Assembly: GCF_009834535.1 (NCBI RefSeq)
Contig: NC_045697.1
Span: 96,784,001-96,848,000, forward strand
DNA: 64,000 nt
Reading direction: 5' to 3'
From: Camelus ferus
Taxonomy: Eukaryota
Shown here: positions 22,901 to 35,005 of the stretch, piece after piece
Layout of the letters: every line of letters begins with the position of its first letter
How positions within the stretch are numbered: position 1 is the first letter of the stretch
Position numbers and translations under genes: made by a program
Notes under the pieces: generated by a model
Told to the model about the DNA's origin: nothing
The model's input: only the letters and a program-made list of their open reading frames with translations
Database searches by the model: none

Positions 22901-25900
22901 TGTGATCGAGATATTTCACATCACCAGAGAATCTTTATTAGTTTCAGTCAAAAATACTTCGTATCGATAAAAGTATAATGAGCAGTAAAAATAAAGCATT
23001 TGTCAATGCTTCTATATTAATCATTTGGAATGTACCTATTTTAAGATGACATTCAAGGATCCTCTTTTAGAAAAAGATATAGAAGTACAGGGGATTTGTG
23101 TAAGAATTGTGTAAAAATGGTGAGTTTGGGAAGGAGGAATTTTGAAGAAAATAGGAAGAAAAAAAGACCTTTTAAACAACATAGAATTTATGAATCAGTT
23201 AGCTGAAAGTATTTTCTGCCCCTATATGAAATAAGAGTGAAATTGTCTGAGCTAAAACTATTTATCCTCTCTGATATCAAGAAGCATAGATCAATTATAA
23301 ATTACCCCAATAATCCAGGTAACAGGTCTTTGCAATGGGATCTCTGACTATCCCAAAACCTTCTAGTAGGATCCGACCTCGTTCTTAACATTTTTCTCCT
23401 GATAAACAACCATTATGATCCAAGCATTTCCAAGCGCTTAGCCCAATTACTTCCACTGGTTGAGAATTCATGAAACTCAAACAATTGTGAAGCAGTGTAA
23501 AAGTCCTTTGATTTTCAGGCTATAGGACAGGAAAGAGAAGGAAAATGGATAGAGTGCTTTGTGAGTTTATTGAGTCACTCTAGTAGAAATGCTTCTGCCT
23601 CAGGCCAGTATTGAGTGTGTGCAAAGTGGCCCACAGGGGTGGGGATGATGAGCACTCAGACATAACAGGAGCCATTCTGGAACACCAGAGCCAAGAATAA
23701 AGTTCTCAACATCTATCAAGAGACCACTATTGAAGAAGGTTATTCATTGTCTTAGAATTTATCATTACAAAATTCAAGATAAATAGATATCAAGGGAAAA
23801 CAGAAGAACTTTTCACCTAAGCTTATAAGCTGGACAGTCAGATGAAAATATCAGCACTCTTTTTAGTTTCTTCAGACTACACAGGAGGAAAAAGGAGTTT
23901 GATCATCTGAGACCTATAGAGATAGAGTTTTATATATCTCGCTAAAATAATTTCACTGAAAATAGTTCTTAAAATCACTTTTCCCTCCATCAAAGTAAAA
24001 AATGACTTTGACTTAACATTATTAAAAATAACTGAAAACAAGATATAGCTATGTAATTTCAAAGGAAACTCTTTGACTAAAAAGCATATATTAAATAAAT
24101 GTGCTCATCAATCATAATTTGTCACAGAACAGCCTTATAATTTTTTAAATAATATAAAATGTTGATTTTGTCAGCATTTTTGATGCAATATAAATTCCAT
24201 AAAAATGCTGCCCAAAAACATAATCAACTGCATCCCAAGTGATGTCAGATATTTATAATTTTCCTTGATGCAGTCTGTAAATGTTTACATTTGTGTAGCC
24301 ATATTAAATACAGTTACTTTCTGGCAGAATGCAATTTTTGACTAGGCAATCATGTTTATCAAGCAGATTCATTGTATATTACTTGTACCTTAAAGAAGCA
24401 TTTTCTGTTTCCAACAAACTCAGCACTCTGATAGCAATGCTTAGTTCTGACACCTGGTTAAAAATAACTCTGTGAGGAGAAATGAAGATTTTTTTCTTTA
24501 TTTTTGCAAAATAAGTGATATAAAAGCAACATTACATGAATGCTGACACTATAATTTTTAATGTTCCTCAATTCTCCTCTTAAAATTCTGTTCTTTGGAG
24601 TATGAATATACATTTCAAGAAACATCATTAACATTTCTTTTGAGTAAATGCCTTAGTTTCCATCTGATATCTATGTCAATTGATTGTTTAAATAAATTAA
24701 GAAATCAATTATTTTATTTCTGTTTAAATAAAATTATGTCATATAAAATGAATCGAGTACAAAAGAATATACATAATATTTAAAAATAGTTATATACTAA
24801 AATGAAATTGAAGTAGAAATATGTACAAGTGAAATTAAAGGTCAAAGTTGAAAAGTAATGATGAGAAATCATGAAGATATAACTCTGCAAATATAAGTTT
24901 TCCTTCTCTGAAAATTGAAAGAAGAGGGATGAAGAAGTGGGAAGAAATGCAGTAACAATTGATCTTCTCCCCCATGAATAATCAAGGGCCTAAATTTGAC
25001 CCATATACTCAATCTATTTATTAGTGGGAACAAATACACTGTTATCTTAAGTCTCCTGCTATCTTCAAAAAAGAATGAACTAAGAATTTTAAATCCCTAC
25101 TATGAGTCAGGCAGTTCACCCAGAAATTTCTGTATAATATCTCCTTTAATAAATTTAATAGTGTTGTAACAATCCTTTACGACTTACAAAGATAACAGTC
25201 TTAGTAATAATATATTGTTCTCTGCAAGGTGGAAGCAATATATAGGGGTCGTGGTACTTTGATTCTACCTGCAAATTTAATACTTGCCAAATTTAATGTT
25301 TGCCTAAAGATAGAACTTACTTCTACAGGCAGTGAATTCTGAAACTATATTTGGAAAGCTGTAATCTAAATAGTTAATTGTAAGTCACTCTAAGTCCTGT
25401 GCCTTCTTGGCTTCCTACTTTCCTTCCTTCCTTTTCCTTTGTTTCTCTATTTTGCCATTACCTCTCTACATTATTGTATTAAGAATTGGCTCACTAGCTG
25501 GGAACTGGTCCACAACAGGATTCTGAATGTCAAGTTAAACAAAAATGACTCAAGTGTTAATATTTTATTTATGTTATTATCATTTTATTGCCGTAGGATG
25601 GCACCACATAACACTCTTCACTTCACATTTGACTTCTAAAAAAAAGATACCCAAAATGATTATCAGTAAAAATAATTGAGGACTATCTGTTTTTCACAGA
25701 TTTCTCATCTTCACTTGATATTTAAATCATCTCTTTCACAGGCTCTTTATCATCATCTTTGTCAATAGTCCTTTCAATTGTAAACCTGTGAACTCTGCCA
25801 TATACACAATTTTCGATGGTTTTAAGTAGTAAATAATTTTGCTCTATCTCACTTTGTTGAATCATGAAATTCTGTATCTTTGCCCAGATATGTGCAAATT

Positions 25901-27244
25901 CACATTGTAATCAGTCTCCTTTTTTATTTTCTTTCTTCCATGAGATGTTTATAGCATCCAAAAATTGGCAAGATATTTTCAGGGATTAATCCTTATATTT
26001 AGTGTGCATGTGTATGTTGTGGGGGGTAGGTTTTGAATAGGAACTAGTGTTAGGAGTTGATATTTTAGTACTAAATAATTTCCCATTATAAAAATATTTT
26101 ATTCCTTTTCAACTTTGCAACTGCAAGGATTCAAAAATTTAGTACTTTGATGATGAGGCCTCTCTGTCAAACAATTAGTAATAAGGGTCCTGAAGCAAGA
26201 AGCATAAATCTCAGAAGTGAGAAAAATGACATGAGACAGGAGGAAAATCAGACAAAACAAAGAAGAATCTAGACTAGACTGTCACCATTTTCTTAGCCAA
26301 ATCAATTATCTTATCACCAATTCTTCAGTGATGAGCAATAAAGGTTGATTTTAGAATCAACCTTCGTTGCTGTTTGCTTAACCTCTCTATGTATATACAT
26401 ATCTATATAATATATAGAGATACATAGTTATCATTTCAAAGTGCATTTGAAAATTATAATTCTTACCACCCATTTTCTTACTGTTTTCACAATGTGCTGA
26501 GTTAAGAATTCTGTGAGGTAATAATATATCAATGTAACAGGAAGAGAAATTAAGAAAAGTAAGTGGTCACAGAATTTCCAAAATTTAGAGAAGGGGGATT
26601 TATGTCAGGTAAAGATAAAGTTTTGGTTAGGAAAACTCATTATTGGGCTTTTTTAAAGTAAAATTTTTAGATTAAAAAAAGGAACCTGTTTGTGAGTTTT
26701 TCCTTTGCTGCTCCTGAGGGGCTGTAGATATCAGGAAGTGGAGAAGAAGAGAGATAGTAACATGTTCTAGATGAGGTCAGAGCTTCTGTTCATACGCCAA
26801 GGTTAAAACATCAGAAAGAACCTGGCAGATAAAGCTATACCTGAAAATCTCCTTCTGAGGTATCCCAGGCTAGTTTTCTTACTTGGAAATTAACCAAATT
26901 CTATTTAGGATAATTTAGTGGTGACAGAATATTAGAGAAAAGATCTTGAGGCAGTTAAAGAAAATAATTGAATTTGGGTTTGCCCTTTATTGATATTAAG
27001 GCTCTTGACAGGAGGAAAGTGTCTTGATTGACAATGCAAAGATGTTAAATCACTACTTCTTGCATATCTCTATTAATTACAAGTTAGATAGGACAACACT
27101 TTCTATTCTTGAGGCATATAATAATATGAATTAAACATATATCTGAACTGTGTGAGCTTAAGATCAAAAGAAAAAATGAAGCATAATTGCTGTAGAAACA
27201 TCCATTGATTTACTCATGAGAAATATGCCATAATAGAGTTGTTA

Positions 27245-27435
27245 GGAGAACAGAATTTGAATATAGGGGGTCCTGGGGTTGAAACCTGGCTCTGTCACAT
27301 TAAATTTCAGTGTTACTTTGAAAAAACAACTTACATTTTCTTTGCTTTGGTTTTCTTATTTGCAAAAAATTTTTAAAAATTAATAATATCTGTGATTTCC
27401 CCTCTGAGGTTGTGGGTTGTGATAAGAATTATAAT
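27245..27435 (+). mobile_element. MIR SINE
   Basis: cctggggttgaaacctggctctgtcac...ttggttttcttatttgcaaaa...gggttgtgataagaatta. Confidence 0.6.
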
Positions 27436-27799
27436 ATATAAGGCAGGGCAGCATTTCTCAAAGCAGAAATGTGTAACATCAGAAGTAATGAAGTGTATTA
27501 AGCTGGTATTGGAAAAGTATTGTTAATATATTATAATAGAGGCATATCTGAATATAAACGTGTGTAAGTGAGTGTGTGTGACAGGAAAAAATGTATTATT
27601 AGTCGACCCATAATTCTAGAGAACAAGAAAGAATTAAAAATGAGTTCATTATAAAGAGAATGAGCAAAAAACAGGTGCATCCTTAATGTAACAAAATAAT
27701 GAAAATGAAGTTTGCAAATCACTGTGAAAATTCATACCAAATTCTCAGAAGAGCAAATGGTATATAGAAAGCACTCATTACACTGTAGTTATTGTTGTA

Positions 27800-28000
27800 A
27801 AATGCTAGCATTGTCCTATGGGTTTTCACATACACTACTTTATGTAACCCTATCAGCAATCTAACAAGGCATGAACTGTTGTTTGCATTTTAGAAGATAG
27901 ATAATCAGACGGTCACTATATTGAAAAGTGCTTTGCCAACATCACACAGCAGGTTTGGCTTATCAGGGACTCCAAACCTGGCAAGTCAGGATGACACTGT
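27800..28000 (-). mobile_element. MIR SINE
   Basis: ttttcacatacactact...cattttagaagat...ctttgccaacatcacacagc. Confidence 0.5.
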
Positions 28001-28792
28001 CCTTTTGCAGTTTTACTCTGTCACACCTGATTCTTGATATAACTATTCTTTGCCAGAAATGAGGTGGTTATTTTAGATTCTGTAATTTTTTTTCCTCTGG
28101 CAGATAGAGTTCTGTTTGCTGCTATCATCTGGCAAAACTATTTTTTTTAATTAAAAAAACTATATTAGAATTCTACTAGTACATGTAATCATCCTGGCAG
28201 TACTAAAACAAAGAACACCACCACCACCACCAACAACAACAACATGCCCAGTGAATGTGAGTACGATAAGCTGTTCATGCCAATAACTACCGAACTCATG
28301 CAATTATTGCTTGGAATTCTTAGTAACTGCGGTCACTACTAGCTCTTTTCAGGTTAAATGGGGACTTCTTAACAAAAGGAAAGGAAAGGAAAGAAACAAC
28401 TGTTGTATTTCTTAAGATATCATTTTTAATAAAGTGATTTTAAAAAATTAATTGGTTCTATAATGATAGCCAAAAATAAAAAAGTCAGAATCTTAAGAGA
28501 GTCAAGCAATAAATTTAGATCTCTTGCATAAATTGCAGAGGTTACTTGAATTTTGGAGAAGAAGCATTTATTAAGTTGCTACCTTATTTTCACTTACTTT
28601 AATATATATTGCAGTAAACATAGAAGCAGAAAAAGGCCTATTTTAACTCTTATTAAGTAGCAAAATTGTATATTTAGGAAAATAACTCAGGAACCACCTG
28701 AAAGCAACATGTGAGAGAATGATTCCCAGAGTCTCTCTGTAATTAACAAAGAAATTCTAAGTGGAAGAATGTTTGAATCAAGGTTAAGCAGC

Positions 28793-28886
28793 GGCAGTGG
28801 GGGTATAGCTCAGTGGCAGAATGCGTGGTTAGTGTGCTTGAGGTCCTGGTTCAATCCCCAGGAACTTCATTAAAAAAAAAAAAAAA
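28793..28886 (+). mobile_element. Short camelid tRNA-derived SINE
   Basis: gggggtatagctcagtggcagaatgcgtggttagtgtgcttgaggtcctggttcaatcccc followed by a poly(A) run. Degenerate TSD aaggttaa/aagattaa. Confidence 0.85.
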
Positions 28887-29294
28887 GATTAAATGAAACT
28901 ATGTATGAGGAAATAAGGAATATTTTCATTGATTCTTCAGATAAAAGTGCATTTTGGATTGAATGCTGTGCAGGACAAGTTGAAGGACATTTGTAAGCTT
29001 AGTTTAGATGAGAGGGCTATGGATATTGGTTATCTGCTTATGATTCAACCCTTGACACATAAGTAGATGGGATCACTAAGCAAGCCTTGCCCATAAATAC
29101 CAAACTTCCAGAGAGCAAAGAGTGAGTGCAGACAGACTATGTGGTTCCTTATAAATTCATTATTGAAATATGATGTATATGTAATGGACTTGTGTATTAA
29201 CTATCAGAACTTTAAAGTATGTCTGTTAATTCAGAAAGGAAATACTGAGCAAAGGAAAATCAGGAAATCATCTTTCCTTCCTCCCTCCTTTCTT

Positions 29295-30150
29295 TCATTT
29301 TTTTCAATAAATATTTATTGATGTTAAACTCCATGAAAACTCTTCTTCTGAGCACTAAGGAGAAAGACGAAAATGTATATGAAATCTTTTCTGCCGACAA
29401 ACACTCTTATATAGTGGAGAAAATAATGCTGGACTGTAAATACTAATTCAGGCAGAAGAGGCTAAGTACTATGCAAGAAAGAACCAGATAAAGTTAACTC
29501 CTAACAGAGGAAGGAAAGAAAGCTTCTGTGGAGACAATCAACAAGTCCATTAATTTTACCTAGAAACTGAACAGTCTGAGCCAGATGGAAGGTGAGAATG
29601 AGGAAGAAAGCCATCTCAGTATTAGGACTCTGGTAGTAAAACACAACCTTGGTGAAATTTAAATATCTGTGTAATTGGCTAATATGCTACTGTTCCTAGA
29701 GGAAGGGACACAGAGGTACACAGAGGTAAGGCTATAAATGTCCACTGAGTTCAGATGCTGTGTATGCGTGTGTGTGTGGGTGTGTGTGTGTGTGTGTGTT
29801 TAGGGGCAGGGAGCATCGGGGTTAGACTATGAGCTTTATTTATTTACTTGTTTTCCAGTAAGGCTTGGAGGAAAGCTTAAAAGAGATTTTGAGCAAAAGA
29901 CTGACATAAAAGTATTAAAGCTCTAATAAGAAAGTGGCAGAGGAAGGATGGATTGAAGAAAAGAAGCTTTGAAGCTCAGACAAGAGTAGAATTGAGAAGT
30001 GATGAGATCCAAATTAAAGAGGAGGGTAAGTTCAAAACAGACACAAGACATATTCCAGAAATAAAATCAAATGAGGCATATGAAAGATACTCTCTAATTT
30101 TAAGTTTCAGTGACAGAATTGAGGAATACAGAGGAGGAGCTTTAGGAAAT
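29295..30150 (-). mobile_element. L2 LINE fragment
   Basis: Starts ttcatttttttcaataaatatttattga (antisense L2 tail). Purine-rich body with gattttgagcaaaaga and ttttaagtttcagtgac. Confidence 0.65.
29759..29799. repeat. (TG)n microsatellite, imperfect
   Basis: tgtgtatgcgtgtgtgtgtgggtgtgtgtgtgtgtgtgtgt. Confidence 0.95.
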
Positions 30151-30224
30151 AGCATGGGCACTTCTCTTGTGATTCTCCTTCAGTATAGCACATGATGTAA
30201 ACTAAATTATTAAAATCCGCTACT

Positions 30225-30570
30225 ACAATTCATTGATACTGAATGCATCACAACAATTGAAAAAACAACAAATTCAAAAATGACGCTGGAAGTTTAAATG
30301 GCCCATAACTTTTAAAACAGATGATTATATTGCAAATATTTTTATAGTCTTTTGAATTCCTAGCACCAAGAGCTCAAAATATAGTTAGATGCTTTTATCA
30401 TGAAAACAAGCTAAATGAACAGAGTATGTTACACTGATGTTGCATTAGCTTCAACAGACACATAATAAGGCTCTGATTACAATTCTCTAAAAAGTTATTA
30501 AGGGCTTAAAAATTCAAAATTTAGGAGGTTTTTATTGTAAATTTAGACTAATTAATACATTTGATTTAGG
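30225..30570. mobile_element. Ancient palindromic DNA-transposon-derived element, MER121-like
   Basis: Degenerate inverted arms of about 95 bp (30288-30384 vs 30422-30516), e.g. ataactttt/aaaagttat and gtcttttgaa/ttcaacagac. ctgaatgcatcacaac...aaaaatgacgctggaagtttaa resembles MER121 as I recall it. Confidence 0.5.
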
Positions 30571-31199
30571 ATAAAAATACTAACAGGGTTTCACCACAGC
30601 ACTAATTATAAATATATTCAGGTTTTTTATGTTAAAAAAGCTGTCTTAAAAATTGCCATATTTTAAGTTCACATACATACTATTTCCTGAAATTGGACTC
30701 TAAATGTCTTTATGATAACCATGATGCAATTACATTTTAAGCTAAACATCATATGTGAGTGTAAGTTAAATGTTATTATGTAATGCCTCTTAATTACTTG
30801 TTTAATAACTGTCAGACCTCACAGGATCACAGAAATTAAATATGCAAAAATATATTAATTCATCTATGCCAGCCTCTTGACAGTGAACAAATATTCTCTT
30901 TTAAGTAAAATGTGCTTTTATAAAGTGCTGCTTCTATTTCAGTTTTAAATTACTTTGTCTTTTATATATATAAACATATACCTGACAACATTGCATTATG
31001 AAATGAAATGATTTGTGTATTTTATTTTCACAGCAAGACTAATATTTGAGCTGCGGAGTTTGGGGGAGAACTTAGATCAATGGATTAAAACAATACGCTG
31101 CACACATATACATGATTAAATTAGGTTAACATCATGGTAAATAATAATATAAGATATTAAAATAATATAGGCTTTACAAGTGTTTTTGTATTAAATAGT

Positions 31200-31340
31200 A
31201 AAAATCAACTTCCAAGAGATAAAATTGATAGGACTTGGTAAATGATTCAACGTGGTAGTAAGATAAAGAGAAATGCTGTGAAATGTCCAGAGATTTCTGG
31301 TTTGAAACATCTGAACGGAAGGTGGGACGTTAGGTACATC
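31200..31340 (-). mobile_element. L2 fragment
   Basis: aaaattgataggacttggtaaatgatt...atttctggtttgaaacatctgaacgga. Confidence 0.55.
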
Positions 31341-33560
31341 CAGGTCAGAAGCATGTGCGCATAAGAAAGAGAAGGAGAAAATTTGTCTGGAGGTCCACTC
31401 TAAGTACACATCTTTCCCATTCCTCTGAATCCCAATTGCAGGCTCTCTTCTTCAACTGCCCAAAGCCTTGCTCTACCCTTTGGCTGCATAGAATTCCATT
31501 GCAGGGCTTCAATACTTGACCTGCTCTCCTCCAGAGATAAGTATGACATAGCAATGCTACTTTACACATTTTGTACACCTCACAATATGGAAAGCATCTC
31601 TGCTTACCATAACCCAGAGCGTAGCGATAAATGTTATACTCTACATTTTGCAGAAGAGTAAATAAAGGCTTCACAATTTTAAATTATTAGAAATAGATCC
31701 AATACTAGAAGCCTGTTCTGCTCCTAAGCAAGCATTCTTTCCTCTTTTTCTCAGTCTCTCCAGGATGACCAGAACTTTTGTGGTGTTTCTAATATATTGT
31801 AGGTAATTAGAACACAGTTTACTGAATTACCCAACAGTCATTTCAAAATTTTTGGTAACATATTTAGCAAGTGATAGAAATATTTTAAGTGAAATTTGTG
31901 CCACTTAATAAAGTTCATAATGATACAATAATTCCTGGCATTTTAGCATTATAAATATAGATTGCAAGCATTTAACAGATAGATAGATAGATAATATTTA
32001 GAGTTGTATTTCAATAACAAGTAAGAGCCTTGAGTCTGATACTGAAAATGCACAGTTTTAGTAATGCTGTTTTTCTGAAATGAAGAGTATAATCCTCACT
32101 AACAATGAGTATTCAAAATTGTTCTTCAGAAAAAGTAAAATGAAAGAGGTTGTTGATTTTTGCTTTTGAAATCTCAAGTTGATGAAGATAACACTTTGAC
32201 AATTGAGCCTCTCATGGAATACATTTCATCAACAAAATCTCACATATGCCATGCTCATTTATTTAACAAGTGGTATAACTAAGTCGAGTGTATGGAAACA
32301 GTTGTATTCAAATGTAGGACAGTTGTAAATTAGATTTTATGATGACACTTTATGCATGCTTTTTGAGGAATAAATGTCAAAACTATCAGTTCAATGAGCC
32401 ACTACAGCAGAGAAGAGACTCATCTATATTAAAAGAGATTGATAATAAACATAAAATATATAATTAAATAAAATAAGAAATGAGGTCAAAAGTTGAATAA
32501 TAAGCTATAGACAGGTGTGTACTCTTTTCCTCTCTCAAGTCTAAATAAAGAATATTACGTGAAGTCTGGACAACAGTTTCGGGGTTAATTTTTGTTGAAA
32601 TGATATATATTGACTTTGATATTAGAATTTTCAAATATAAAATGGTTTGATTTAAGAATTATTTAAATAATTTGAAAGAGATGATTCTGATGCTTATTTT
32701 GCAAGGATGTGTTCGGTTGAATGGGAATACCAAATAGTATCAAATGTCCTTCATAAGGAAGAATCACTTATTAACCCATTAATTATGATGCTGTTTTGAA
32801 AGTTTGCCCTTTTAATTGTTTGCGCTACTTTTATAAGGCCTTTGTCAATGTGCTATTAGCAGGTATGAAATTGAATTCTGTAAATGTAAAGGATTTCTAG
32901 TTAGCTATTCAGCCACATCAAATGTTTCCTTTCATTTTGGTTCAATAAAATGTATTTTTCCTCTTCTGTAGGAAGGGCTATACTGTTTCCTGAGAAATAC
33001 AAAGATAACCAATATATAGACTTTGCCTCTGGGAATTGATAATTCCTTTGGAGAATCAGACATAAACACCAGTAATAGGGGATCATCTCTGATGTAGGTA
33101 GAAGGGCAAAAGTAAAATATTTAAACATCTAATGTTTAGGATAAGAAAATTGCAGGTAATGAATTGCACTGTCGTTTTTCTTTAGTACAGATATTAGTTA
33201 TATTCAGTTTAACCCGTGCAATCAATGACTTCTTATTCAGTGATGCAACCACTGGCCATTTTTCTAATCATGTGTTTCATTTCCTCGTTCTTTTTTTCGC
33301 AAATTTTAAAAAATTTATTTTCACATTCACTTAAGATCTCAGTTTTTCTTCTCTTTTTTTGTATTTTTTTGAATGCTATAGATTCTGATACAATTTGAAT
33401 ATTCTTGTGAAATTATGAGCTGAAAAATTAGCCAAGTTCATGTCTCAATATGCGTTAGTAACCAAAAGATTGAGATGATCCTTGTTCTATTTAAAATAGT
33501 TCAATGTGCAATCCCACATAAAATCATTGTTTCTCTCTTATATTTCCTCTTAGCTTTAAT

Positions 33561-33765
33561 ATTCATTCACTTATTAATCATTTAATCAGCAAATATTATT
33601 GAGCCCCTAATATGTGACAGATACTGTTTTAGGTACTGAAGGTGTAGTAGTGAAAGATACTGACAAAATTTTCTTTATGTTGAACTTGAACTGCCATTCT
33701 TGAGTGGGAGACTGAAAATATGTAAGTAAAATACATTGTATGCTAGATAATGAGATGCACTAAAG
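33561..33765 (-). mobile_element. L2a 3' end
   Basis: attcattcac...agcaaatattattgagcccctaatatgtgacagatactgttttaggtactg. Confidence 0.75.
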
Positions 33766-34019
33766 ATTCAAATCAAAACATAGACTCCTAGTGCCAAACA
33801 TAAATCATACACTGAAGCCTGGATATAAAGGAGTCTAAAAAAAAAATCTAGTTACCAGGCTTTTTATCTCTTGTGATTGAAAGAAGAGCAGAGGAGAACT
33901 TGGGAACAAATGCTGGGTGCCAAAAGAGATAATAGGCAGCAGAGTATATGCCACTTTGGCCAAGATTTAAAATTTCAACCTACAGCAATGCTAAAAACAA
34001 ATGATTCTTTCTAATATAA

Positions 34020-34530
34020 TGGAGCTTTTCTTCATACAAAGATGTCCCAATCTTTTCCCCCCAAACAGAGACCAAAAGTATCATCAATCACCAAATCCAA
34101 CCCTGAGTGATGGATTTCCTTAAATTCAGTTGCAACTTCTTTTTGATATATTTAGTTCCTAAAAACTAATTTATATGAACCACAACAACACTATGTAAAT
34201 TATTAAGTGAAGAGAAGTTGACTTAAATAGACAAAGATATACATAACAACATAAGTAAGAAAATATAAATATATATAGTTTTTTAAAGTTCTCTTTTCTC
34301 CAGTGGGTCACAGGGTTGTAGTTTGCATATTTTACTTTCTCCTTCAACTAATCATTCCTTGTTTCTTTTCTCTCAGCTAGCATTTAGCTGGTGGGTTTAA
34401 ATCTTCAGTCAGGCTTTGTAGATCCCATCTGTAGTGAGTGCTTATAGTTCTCTAAGAGGTATTAAAATTCTCTCTAAGGAGAGAATCTCCCATGATTCAG
34501 ATCTATGCCTCTTTTTCCCATTGTTAAACA
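34020..34530 (-). mobile_element. Probable ERVL/MLT internal fragment (antisense)
   Basis: ctcagctagcatttagctggt and tgcctctttttcccattgttaaacaata resemble the antisense 3' internal region of ERVL. Confidence 0.35.
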
Positions 34531-34679
34531 ATACTGTGTTGGACATTTTGCTGGATACTAGATAATACAGTGTTTCAACAAAAGCAGTGAGAAACAGACC
34601 CAAAATGGAAACATCTGAGATGAGTTTTCAGAGCTGACAGTGTCTGAATTCACTGGTAACTTCTTTGCCACCCTGGGGT

Positions 34680-35005
34680 GTGCTCAGTTGGCTCATATTC
34701 AGTGTGGCCATGACAGTCCAGGTGGAGGTTTTACACGGGCTTTAAATGTGAACTTTCCCTCAGCAAGGCTCACCTGCTGCCACCACCACTGCTGCTGAGT
34801 GTCTAACCAGACAACAGCAAAGGTCAACACTGACTCATTAATAGGGCTTTATGTCCCAGGGAAACCAGACAGTCACCTGGTAGCAGGATAATTATAGGAG
34901 ATTCTTTTCAGTATGGAGAGGCCAGAGATTCATCCTGATAAAAATAAACCTCCTGGATATGGATTATTATTTCCCTCAATGCTTGCAATGCTTCTGCAAA
35001 AACCA
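34680..35005 (+). mobile_element. ERVL-type pol integrase remnant
   Basis: Decayed translation tracks the ERVL integrase: gtggccatg (SGH), gctgagtgtctaaccagacaacagcaaagg (AEC..QQQR), cctggtagcaggataattatagga (W*Q.NYIG), ggatatgga, aatgcttctgcaaaaacc (NASAKT). Confidence 0.75.
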
